Shown: positions 52,701 through 64,000 of the stretch, piece after piece
How positions within the stretch are numbered: the first letter of the stretch is position 1
How the letters are laid out: each line of letters starts with the position of its first letter
Assembly (NCBI GenBank): GCA_051362555.1
Contig: CM120649.1
Coordinates: 10,788,001 to 10,852,000 of the forward strand
Source of the DNA: Lingula anatina
Lineage: Eukaryota; Animalia; Brachiopoda
Direction: 5' to 3'
Length of the DNA stretch: 64,000 nt
Notes under the pieces: generated by a model
The model's input: the letters and a program-made list of their open reading frames with translations, nothing else
Told to the model about the DNA's origin: nothing
Databases searched by the model: none
Translations under genes and position numbers: made by a program

Positions 52701-53253
52701 AAGAATACTTGTTAGATATTTATACCACGATAAGTTTAGCCCTAGGGCCTATGTGGATTGGAGTATGAAAGGTTTTGATTTTTACATAAACTTATTGGCA
52801 ACTTGTTAGCGGAGGAAATTTGCGAATTTGTGGGAAATTAAATAGCCCGTTTTTTTAAGGTCCGTTCCCAATGTTCTGTTTTGATCGATTCAACTCCACG
52901 GAAACTCATGCTACCTCTTCAACCTTATCTCCCATGTTTATGTAGCATAAGGTCACATTCATTGAAACTCAGGTGCGCAGAAAAAAACACGTGATGTAAG
53001 CTATTCACTGACATCAGTATAGTATTGAATATTCCTTCGTTCTACTCCCTTAATTACCTGAATACTTTCTTATAAGCAGTATGTGTCTTGGTAACTGCAT
53101 AGCTCAATTCAACCAGCCAAGGGACGACGCGTGGGGAGCCATCTGAGAGGCGGAGAGACCATTACAGGATTAAGCGGTCTTCCTTTCATGTAGGTCTGCC
53201 ATATTTAGGTCGTGGCCTAGCTAGCACTCGGCTCTTTTCATTCTGATATACCA

Positions 53254-53255
<2 letters not shown>

Positions 53256-53337
<82 letters not shown>
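53256..53337. repeat. (TA)n microsatellite
   Basis: Uninterrupted TA run of about 80 bp. Confidence 0.95.
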
Positions 53338-53339
<2 letters not shown>

Positions 53340-53887
53340 TATTCAAAGTCTATAAGGGGCTGGAGTTCGTCTTTCCATGCAGATTTATGAATAAATTAAC
53401 AAAGTAAGAAACTGGTGAAACAAGTTTGATGGGTCCCATGCTTATCCTTGTTATTCATTCTTCTAGATGTTTGAGAGACTGAGGTAATTTGATATTCTAT
53501 AGAGTGTCGTTGCGTCAACGGTTTTGCGTTTTAATTTTCATTCCATAATTTAAATCGTTTTAAAATTTACATGCATGTCTTAAACATAATGTTAACTATA
53601 TATTCTACGTTCTATGATAAATGCATACTTTTCTTCACTTTATTACCTAAGCCAACAAAAGGTTATGTTTTTTCATCGTCGTTGCTGTTTATTTCACCGT
53701 GTGTCTGCTTATTAGCGGTCAATATACTATATTTTGAGCAGTTCTGTCCAAATGTTGGGGACATTTTCGAGATTGACAGTTATTTTGGAGACAAAGAAGT
53801 TACTACAACTTTGACTTAATTCGGTCCCTGCTATCCCTTTTTGGTAAAATTGCCATTTTCTTTGCCAGGTGTCTGCGCTAATTGCTC

Positions 53888-54319
53888 ATTCCCATTGAAA
53901 CTGTAGGTCTTCGTAGATCGATCCAACTCTGCCGGGCTTCGCTGAATGCAATCAGTTTAACAGATTAAAACTTTGTCTTGTGTCCAACGTAATCATATAA
54001 TCACCAGCATTTATGTGTTCTACACAAGGCCAGTAGATGGCATGTTTTAACGTTAATATTTAATATTAAAATATGAAAAACTGACTCCATTCAGTGAAAG
54101 TCCCGGTGTAACGAAACTGAGAGTCCGTGTAACAAAAAGTCCGCCCTCCATTTAGTTACAATGGTTAGGGTTAGCCTGACCTTAGTGGGTCAACATTTAG
54201 GGCGTGGCTTACGGTACCTGTACAAATCAATGGAAAAGGACTCTGTGTTATGGAGGGCTCTCTGCCACGTTAAACCCGCAGAGTCTTCCTGTACGTAGAT
54301 CGATAGTGTCAATGGGAAC
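53888..54319. mobile_element. GATCGATC-family MITE carrying a nested Ginger-like MITE at ~54107-54274
   Basis: Host arms CTCTGCCGGGCTTCGCTGAATG / CATTCAGTGAAAGTCCCGG..CAGAG are split at CCGG by an insert starting TGTAACGAAACTGAGAGTCC. Confidence 0.6.
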
Positions 54320-54675
54320 GAATCCTTAGAGTGTTAAGATTGACAAGTATATATCAGAAGGCAAAGAAGGACTGCGCCGGGGGCGGGTTTGGAAGGGTAA
54401 GAGAGGAAAAGTAATTTTATGGTTTCACGATAGTTGTGTCAGTTTGAAAACTGCGCGTATATACAGTGTAGATAAGACAGAAAAGTTTTTGGTGGGACAG
54501 TCAATACCAATGGCGTATCCAGGGTTTTGTTAAGAGGTTGGCGGGGGCGGTGTAAGGATTAAAAATTCCAAAACATATGGTACAGGATATAAATAAAGGC
54601 AATATATATATATCGGTAGAAAACAAGTATGGACAATCTTTTTGTTATAAGTTGTCTCAAATGCTCCATTTTTTG

Positions 54676-54714
<39 letters not shown>

Positions 54715-54862
54715 AATAAAGGCAGAGCCACCAAAGCTTCAAAGGGGGTGATGCCTGTGTGGAAATCCGCCATTGATTATTGACATGTTGCATGTAATAG
54801 TAACAATTTTCTCTATGCAAATACTTATTTTCGTTTCTATATTACCATTAACAGCTACTGGT

Positions 54863-57800
54863 ATGTCCAGGCAGGGGATATGGAAACTCTTGGCGTTTTT
54901 CGTAGTCGTTTTGCTGGTGGGACTTTCCGTCCTCTGGATGCGTGAAGGTGTGTCTTTTAAACAGGTTTCTAATTGTAGTGAACCGTTAATTAGTACTGAT
55001 AGTCTTCCAAATTTGCATACTGAGGTATGCATATTTGTTTAAGTTTTAATTATTCAAATGTATATAGACATGACAGTTTGCATGCGGTGAACTATTAATA
55101 GTATTGAGAGCTAATTTCCATATATGTCATTTTCATATTCGTTAATGCAAATTGTACCCACAATTAAATTTTAAGGTCTTAAGGCATGGCATGTCGCAGG
55201 TCAATCATAGAAGTTAATTTAAAATGTAAATGAAGTTCATGTATAAAAGCAGTGACAGGGAGAGAGTTAAAGATACGACAGAGAGAGAGGGTAGAAGAGA
55301 CCTGAGTCTTCAGTCGGTTGAATAAATCATGTAGCAGAAAACTATACCTGCCTGTCTCAGTTGACTTATTGGTGAAAAAGTAACTCTAAGAACAAGTGTA
55401 TAACCACTGGCCGGTTATTACATAATGTAAACATTTTGGCAGTCCTATAGTTTTTGCTCAAGTAAACATTAAGATTGATGGATATAAAACCTTAGAGTAA
55501 TTCTCTATTATCAAATGTTTAAGATTATCTGTCTAACATTTATAATTTAGAGAAAGAAATGGGCATCCTTAGATCTATATTGAGAAATGGCGCCGCCAAT
55601 AACAATTGGTTCAATGGGAAATTGGTAAGCATCTTTTCAGGTAGCCCTCCCCCCCCACTCTCTCTCTCTCTCTCTCTCTCTCTAAGAAAAACCTGTTCAA
55701 ACAGTCAGTAACAAGGTATTTAAAATTGTTAAGTTATGCTACCATGATAAATGGTTGACATTGTGTTTTCATGCGAAAAATACCTATTTCACTTCTGTGC
55801 TCTTCGCTTCCGATATTTAAACTTTTATCATTTTTCGCACGTTAAATAATGGAAAGCTCTCGAGTGTGAAATAAGCACTTCATGAAATACGTTGTATTAT
55901 TATTTTTTATATATCTGTTATGTTTTGAAAAGTTCAATGTTATACCAGTATTAAATACCTATGCTTGCATAATGCATTTTATCTCTCACCTTGTAAGTAT
56001 TTAAGATTAATTCTGCTGTAATAAAATTTAAAGGTGGAAAACTTACATCTGATGCATTTGTACTTACAATTAAAATTATAATTTCGATTCACGCGGGATG
56101 GAGGACCTAACTTTCATCTTTTTTCAAGGCGAGAGAGAAACCCCACCTTAAAAAAGCATCAACCATAAAACCTACTCCACTGAAAACGTTCTACAATCTA
56201 GCAGACGACATTGACTATTCAAGAGAAGCCGCTCCGAGACTGTCGGCGGATGGGGCAATATCTGATAAGATTGAGCTGGACTATTTCAGGTACACATAAT
56301 GAAACATTTTCATGAAACAAAATAAAGCTTAAAGACAGGCAACGTGCGTTGGACTTACGTTAAGGAATAGGTTTGGAAAAAATATAAAACTCAAAAACAG
56401 TGAAATGGATCTTTGTTTTTTTACGGGTTTGGATAGGTTATACAGGTACCTTGATGAATATGAATATTGCTAAAGTTTCCAGGAAATTGATATTTTACTA
56501 TACTGTATAAAGGTTTATCGCACGTTGTTTGTATTTAACTGCTTACATACGTGCATTCAATTACAATCTGATCATGGTTATGATAATATTGTAAAATTTA
56601 ATGAAATATAATAAAACATTTAAAACCAAATTTTACACGAGTCTCAGCGCTGTGTAATGTACAGTTAATAAATTATTAACATTATTTAAGAAAAAAAAAT
56701 CCGCTGCTTATTTGAAATTTGTCATTCTGCTCTTTGGTCTATCTGAACTAAAATGATCCCATTTGCCCCCTCAATAAAAACAATAATTTGGTTCCTTTTT
56801 CAATTTCCAGATATCTTCAAAACTTACAGTTCGACTGCCGACATCGGATTAGAGCAGGAACCGGGGAAACAGGAGACGGCGGCTGGGAGATGTGCCTTGA
56901 CCCGCCATACAATATGAAACCGGGGAAATGTTTAGTCTACTCCTTTGGGTAAGAAGATATGTGACTTCATTCATTGTATCGTATGTATCTACATGGGCAG
57001 ATGAAAATGTACAACAAGGATGTAATTATAAATAAATATATACTATATTAAATAGTGATATAATTTGACTACTTGTGAGAAAAATGCAAAACATATTTGG
57101 CAGAGCCCAAGTGGCTCTTACTACTCAACTGTCAGTACACTTGCTGATAATGGGTGTAGCACAGTCCCTTTTTTGGAAGGCTAAACATAAATATTTATCA
57201 AGAGCAATCATATTGTTCATTGTTCTTACCAGTCATTAGTGTTATAAATTAACCCATTCTGGTAAGAGTCTCAAAGTTTCTATGTTTTTGTACACTGAAT
57301 AATGATCATAGCGGTGATCTGTATAAGAGGACACGGCACTAGGAAATGGATTCCATCTTCTATTGCCCTAGAATAACACTTTTTGCAAATTCTGTCTGCT
57401 TGTGGAATTCTTTCATGTCTACCTGAGTAGGACTTATATTACTGCTACAACCATATCAGTAATTTATGTCCGCCAGCTGTGAAGTCCTGTCAATGTAGAA
57501 TACCAATGTTTAGTAGGCTATAGATATGATAAAAAATAATATTGCAATTTCGTCTCACATGTGTGTTGGTTAGCTTGCAAGGAAACAACGTAGGAATAAT
57601 ATAATATTGGTGTTAATCCCTTGGGCTCTATCCCAAGCTAAGGCTTACAGCCTTTTTTTTCACTCGAACAACACAGACACCCACCCCCCCCCCCCCCCAT
57701 ATCAGTGCTTGTTACTCGACCCTCGTCAGTATTTTATGTTCGGAAGGTAAGGCACCCGTTGAATATAGCGTTTGATGTGAACAATGACTTAGAGTGCATT

Positions 57801-60409
57801 CCCATAGATTTAGATCGATCCATCTAGATCGACCTAACTTCCTGGGGGTTCACGCTAAATTGATGTCAGCCGAGCGCGCACGGTAGTTAATTACCCCCTT
57901 ACAGCTTTTAGTAGGCGGGACAGACGCTTAAGCCGGCTAAGTTGACTGTAATCTAGTGAGACTCCCCACAGGGATAGATCGATCTAAAAACTGTGGGAAT
58001 GTGGTCTTAAAGTAAGTGGAATACGGTACAAAAATGATATTAACGCAGATGTAAATATTTTTTATTTCGTATCCAGCATCAGTACTAACTGGTCTTTTGA
58101 CGACTATATGGACAAGACCAGAAATTGTACAGTGCACTGTTTTGATCCAAGGTAAGTACTTCCCCCACGAAATAAGCAAAATACTGGTACCTATCGTTTA
58201 TAAGCAGCGACGAATTTATCGGAGTGCGTAAAATAGGCATATTCTATTCCTTCGCTTCTGAGGAATGTAAGCCCCCCCCCCCGCCCCAATAAAAAATGAT
58301 AAAAAATAACAAGTGAGACTTGCCGCACATGCGAGCAGTGAATGTTTGCTTTTTGACTCATGGCTTGTTTATCCGTATTTTCGGACGATACTTAACCATC
58401 CCTTCATATCATTGTCTCATTGACACATGAATGTCCCCATTTAAAGGACAACTCAGTATAGGATAGATGATTAATTGTTTAACAAGCCTCATTGAACATG
58501 ACGCGAGGAAAATTATCACAATTTTCTCTCTTAACTTGTTTCCAGTATAGGAAAAAAGGACTTTAAGCGTTCCCCAAACATATATTTCCACAATCTGGGT
58601 ATATCTGGACGCAACGAAACCAATGGTAAAAAGTGGCAACTTTACACTCTGGGATCCATTAAGCGACTTCTAGGACACGAAAACGTAAGTCATGCATTGG
58701 TTGAAATGGCCCAGGCATTTCACGTCTCCTTGTTCTAAACCAACTTAAATGATATATGACATACATGTACATGTACATGTGGCAAATAAAATAATAGGAC
58801 AAACTCAAGTATGATGTTCGAAATTTGGTCGATGACGGCTGCATTTATTGAAGGTTCCTCTGATAAAAAGTGAATCATTTTAATGATAAACATTGAATGA
58901 TGTTGGGTAATGGTATTTACTTAATGTTAACGTAAGTCACGTACTTGTAGAAATGTTTCATACATTATCTAGAACGAACCAAGTGTGTTCATATGCCAGT
59001 GACATTTTTTTTCAAACGTGCAATGTAACCTTATTATTCAATATCATCAGTTGGACCTTTTGGATTTGCAGCAGAAAATGATTTGCTCTAAAACTAATGT
59101 TACCACGGAGTTGTGACTGTTATGGGTTAGTCAGAACCACGGCATAAAACTTAGTTTTGTTCTCATTTTCAAGTTTAGTGGTCATTATGATTTATACATC
59201 AATATATTATGTCTTTTTAACGTTCAAGAATGAAATATGTGTTGCATTTTATGGTATATCTAGTTGGTACAATGTATCTCACCTAACACACCAAACCGGC
59301 AAATCTAGGGTTTAGATGAAGGAGAGAGAAAGCAAGCATGAAAAGAATACAGTTCCACTTGTGATCAGAAGTGAGCTAGTATATTGGTAAATGTATATGT
59401 CTCACCAGACACATCAGATCGGCAGAGCTCTAGGGTTTAGATAAACGAGAGAGAGAGAGAGAGGGAGAAAGAGCAAAGCAGGAAAACGTTTGGCTTGGCT
59501 GACTTTGATCGTCAATATTAAAAAACATTGAAAAAATTAAAAGAATGCAATTCCATTTATGATTAGTAGGTATTGGTAAATTCTTGGGTTTGTTAAGATT
59601 TGGGTTTTTTTATACTGTTTTATGAAGGGGAGGGAGAGCGTTAATATCGAAGCTAAAGGGGTTGGTGGGGTGGGAGTAGGTGGGAGTTTGTGTTCATGTA
59701 AACAAATTGTTGCTCTCTCCGTCTGCATGTGTATCTGTCTAAATTGCAAGCCGGTAAGTTATTTATTACCTCCGGCAAGGAGGTTATGTTTTCACCCCTG
59801 TTTGTTTGTTTGCTTGTCCGTCTGAATGTCTGTCTGTCTGTCTGTCATCAACATAACTCAAAAAGTTATAGACCGATTTTGATGAAATTTTCAGGAACTT
59901 TCAGAAGTGGGCCAAGGAACAGGTGATTAGTTTTTGGTGGTGATTCGGATCAATAATCAATCAATAATAAAAAAATATCGAAAATTTAGGGGTGAAATGG
60001 CATTGGATGGAGACTTTGCTGCCTTGGCGGAGGTCTGCGCTCTCAGAGTGCTTTTCTAGTTTATTTATTTATTTATTTCAGCTGGCATTAATTAATTATA
60101 CATGTATTTAAGGTGACACTGGACTACCTGAAAATGGACGTTGAATGGAGCGAATGGCCAAGTTTACAGGCAATGTACCGCGAGGGTGTGTTATCCCAAG
60201 TCAAACAATTTGCTTCAGAGTTCCATGGCATCCCTAAAAAACAGGCAGATGTCGATATTATCAACAGACTGTACGAGCTCGGGTTTAGGATATTCTACAC
60301 CAAAAGGAACTTCTATAATCGAGCAACCTCTCGGTTAACACAGCGTACTATTTATAGGTGCATGGAGGTGCATTTTGTTAATATCAACTTTCTGAAGCAG
60401 GACGTGTAA
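54863..60409 (+). CDS. METTL24: Methyltransferase-like protein 24 family member (N-terminal signal anchor; ~323-347 aa)
   Basis: Exons 54863-55024 (hydrophobic anchor), optional 55553-55624, 56129-56289, 56811-56948 (GDGGWEMCLD..CLVYSFG), 58077-58151 (ISTNWSFDD..VHCFDPS), 58546-58684 (FHNLGI..TLGSIKRLLGH) and 60113-60409 (DYLKMDVEWSEW..VKQFASEFH). GT-AG introns with consistent phases. The symbol denotes family membership, not proven orthology. Confidence 0.87.
57797..58000. mobile_element. Palindromic MITE, GATCGATC family
   Basis: ATTCCCATAGATTTAGATCGATC...GATCGATCTAAAAACTGTGGGAAT; near-identical to 19148-19356. Confidence 0.8.
59763..60061 (+). mobile_element. Helentron-associated (HINE/DINE-1-like) non-autonomous element
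   Basis: Subterminal inverted repeats ACCTCCGGCAAGG / CCTTGGCGGAGGT, (GTTT/GTCT)n microsatellite, 3' stem-loop GCGCTCTCAGAGTGC, ending CTAGTT in a T-rich site. A degenerate relative lies at ~53638-53885. Confidence 0.8.
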
Positions 60410-61354
60410 AGCGGACAACGCCACTGATTCATTAACACTGCACAGGTCGCGAACAGCTGCTTTCCGCTTGATGCGTGTTCGGAGCAATTTTTAATACATT
60501 CTAGGTATTTCAATATTAATGTTTGGGGTTATATCAAATTTTGACAGTTATATTATATCAAAAAAAAAAAAAGGACAATCCCTAAGGAATTACAACGAAA
60601 AGGGCCCAATGAGAGGAAAAAATATCCGAGGCGAAACTTTACATAAAAAGGCACTTCAAATGATGGCCCGGATTTTCATACAGAAGAAATGTTACGAGAA
60701 GCTCACCTGCCCGCTTAGCTTTGTCTTGTCTGGCTACGTTATAACCCAACGTGCATGCACTGTGCACTGGGATAGGGGCGACAACCCTGCCGTGTATTGG
60801 GGAGCAAATACAGTGTAAATACGCTTCAAATACAGTGCGAATACGTTATAAGAGGTTACTTGAAGCAATTGCTGTAAATTATCTCACGATAAATAAATGG
60901 TCAATGATGGGGTATATAAATAGATAGGTAAATAAATAAGAAATGCAAGTTCACCAAAATGGATACAGTGGTATATGCTCGTTTGATATATATAAATACA
61001 TGTTACTGTTTTTTTCTGTAGATCATGTGCAATGGGCTACTCAAGAAGAGAGACAATACATGTACAGGTACATACATGTACCTATGCCTATGTCAAATAC
61101 GACTGTAACAATTAGACAGCCAAAATGCCCACTTCCCACTCATAAATTTTTCAGGCCCAAATACGTTAGAAAGTGAAAAAAGAATAAAAATCAGCAACGT
61201 CTGCTGCTTTAAACACAATTTCCAAAGACTTGTTCCCAAAGAAAAAAGTACGCCTGTGGTTTATTTTCCAGTCAAACTTCGGTGTCCTTGGGATTGTTTC
61301 ACATTAAGAGATCGAAAATCGCTGTTGTTTCTGCTAGACACAGCCCCTTTTTAT

Positions 61355-63480
61355 GTACAGACACAGATGTGTCTGTACATATTGCCATCACCTGCGTCTG
61401 TCGTCGCCGATGCCGATGCCGATGCCGATGGCGATGCCGATGCCGATGCCGTCGCCGTGCACTTTCCTTGTAAACACGATAAGTGGAAGGCAGTTTTACT
61501 TTTTGGCTTTATATTTACAGAGCTGATGAATATTCATAAAACGCAGGTCAAGTTCGAAAATCAGCATGATCGGGCCATTATTGTAGAAGTTATGCTGTTT
61601 TTTCACTTTTCAGCATATATGCAACCTTGTAAACACATTTTAAGGAAAACCGTTAGGCCTATTGTCATGAAACTCACAGGAATGGTCAGTCTTACTAAAA
61701 CGCAGGTTGAGTTCGAAAATCAGCATAATCGGGGCATTATTTTAGAAGTTATGCTGTTTTTTCACATTTCTTCAGATTTCCTCAGATTTAATTCTTAGGC
61801 ATGTTAATAGCCTTATTATTTAAGTAATAAGATACGTAAAATTGTTTGTTTGACATTTCCTGCATCTTTACAACATTGTTAGTTGATTATGTAAAAATGA
61901 TGGTAAACTTGTTATCGTGTATTGTGTAATAAAGTGTCAAAAATGGAAATAAACTCATATCATTGCAGTTTGTCAGATTCAATCATTCACTATGTTCAGA
62001 ATCTCAGAATGGAAGAAATTGGACATTTAACACTGTTCTATTGATATTTTTCACATCTCATCAATTTTCTTAGTTGATCTTATAAAAATGGCAGTAACCT
62101 ATTAATTTTGTTTTATGTTAAAAAAGTGTTAAAAATGGAAATAAACCCATTTCAGAACAGTGCAGTCTTGTTTACATTTTGGCATCTTTAAGTCGTGACT
62201 TTGAAGTTCCATCGGCCTAAAAACCTTTGTTAGTCACGTTTACTATTTGTCCATGATACTAATATTTTATTATTAAAAATTGATGATCATTATGCTGTTA
62301 AACATTATGTAATATTGCATCAAAATTTGAAAAAAACCTATTTTGGGTACTGCTCCCATGATGACCATTTAAGAAAAACCATGTCACTTAATGTTCTCAA
62401 ACAGTACAGTTGATATGTACAGATGTGTCTGTACATATTGCCATCACCTGCGTCTGTCGTCGCCGTCGTTGCTGTCACTGTCGCTGTCGCCGGCGCCATG
62501 CACTTTCATTGTAAACACGATAAGTGGAAGGCAGTTTTACTTTTTGGCTGTATATTTACAGAGCTGATGAATATTCATAAAATGCAGGTCAAGATCGAAA
62601 ATCAGCATGATCGGGCCATTAATGTAGAAGTTATGCTTTTTTTTTCACTTTTCAGCATATATGCAACACTGTAAACACAATATAAGAAAAACAGATAGGC
62701 CAATTGTCATTAAACTCACAGGAGTGGTCGTTCCTGCTAAAACGCAGGTTGAGTTCAAAAATCAGCATAATTGGGCCATTATTTTAAAGAAATGCAGTTT
62801 TTTCACATTTCCTCAGATTTAATTCCTAGGCATGTAAACAGTTTCATTATTGAACTAATAAGATACGTAAAAGTGTTTGTTTGGCATTTCCTGCAATTTT
62901 ACAACATTATTAGTTGATTATGTAAAAATGATTGTAAACTTGTTATCGTGTATTGTGTAATAAAGTTTCAAAAATGGAAATAAACTCATATCATTGCAGT
63001 TTGTCAGATTCAATCATTCACTATGTTCAGAATCTCAGAATGGAAGAGATTGGACATTTAACACTGCTCTGTTGATATTTTTCCCATCTCATCAATTTTC
63101 TTAGTTGATCATATAAAAACGGCAGAAAACTGTTAATTTTGTTTTATGTTAAAAATTGTTAAAAATGGAAAAAAAAACATTTCGGAACAGTGCTGTCTTG
63201 TTTTAAAAAAGGTGTTGAAAATGGAAAGAAAATCATTTCAGTACAGTTATCTCTTGATTACATTTTGGCATTTTGAAAGTGTGACTCTGAACTTCCATGG
63301 CCTTGAAGACCTTCCCAAATCACATTTTCTGAATATTCATGATACTTTTATTTTTTTATAAAAAATTTGATGGTCATTATGCTGTTAAGTATTATGTTTT
63401 ATTGCATGAAAGTTGAAGAAAACCCTATTTTGGACACTGCTGCCAGGATAGCGATTAAGGGAAAACCATGTTACTTACGA
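61355..63480 (+). repeat. Tandem duplication of a ~1.06-kb unit containing a HINE-like element with a (GCCGAT)n microsatellite
   Basis: Unit 1 ~61355-62415 and unit 2 ~62416-63480 align throughout (CAGATGTGTCTGTACATATTGCCATCACCTGCG..., ATTCACTATGTTCAGAATCTCAGAATGGAAGA...). Confidence 0.88.
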
Positions 63481-63723
63481 TACTGAAACTTAGTGAAAAG
63501 TTTCATAAGACAGAAGTGCGCAGCTTGTGTTTGAAAACCAGTGTGATTGTTTTCTGTTTTGGAGGCAATGCAGGTTTATAGAGTGCTATACTGGCATTTT
63601 CAAGTTGTGACTTATCACTCCCATCTGCCAGGAGCCCTGTACTCTTACTTTGTAACATTTTCTGTATTTTGTTAAGTTACAAGAATGATTCTTAGGATTG
63701 ACAAACAGCCAAAAAAAAAAAAA

Positions 63724-63825
<102 letters not shown>

Positions 63826-64000
63826 TGAGTTTAAGCATTTTTTTTTTGTGTGTAATTTTCACTGTACTTCATTCTGGCATTTCCAAAGTTTAACTCTTAT
63901 CAGCCTGACACCTTAGGGACTATTTCCAGACCCTATCACGCTAACTGTGGATCGATCTATCTCCATGGGAATTCTCGCTAAATTGCAATCAATGTAAGTG

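Noticed and set aside
54530-54820. Poly-Pro/poly-Gly ORFs
   Set aside because: Produced by a long G homopolymer within a repeat.
61256-61798. 180-aa ORF with an (AD)n tract
   Set aside because: Translation of a repeat element and its microsatellite; the frame is not conserved in the adjacent duplicate.

Overview
Eukaryotic, AT-rich, intron-containing genomic DNA from an invertebrate animal; the repeat types and gene families look lophotrochozoan or mollusc-like, but I cannot determine the taxon. Positions 1-12.7 kb are a nested transposon graveyard: an env-bearing LTR retroelement remnant, an intron-containing Ginger-type integrase-Ulp1 protease element, a gypsy pol with RT/RNase H deleted, two DIRS-like fragments, a hAT/ZNF862-like fragment and an unclassified DNA transposase. 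Four apparently intact host genes were reconstructed by hand from splice sites. (1) A two-coding-exon C2H2 zinc-finger gene (-) with a ZNF692-like N-terminal module. (2,3) A tandem pair of six-exon genes (-) encoding secreted signal peptide-PAN/Apple-FN3-fibrinogen C-terminal proteins, an unusual fibrinogen-related lectin architecture whose middle exons are nearly identical while the ligand-binding exon has diverged strongly. (4) A METTL24-like methyltransferase gene (+). Also present are a 5'-truncated LINE, probable laminin-G/EGF gene remnants, many MITE and Helentron-like repeats, and a ~1.06 kb tandem duplication near the right end. Family assignments come from motif recognition, not database searches.
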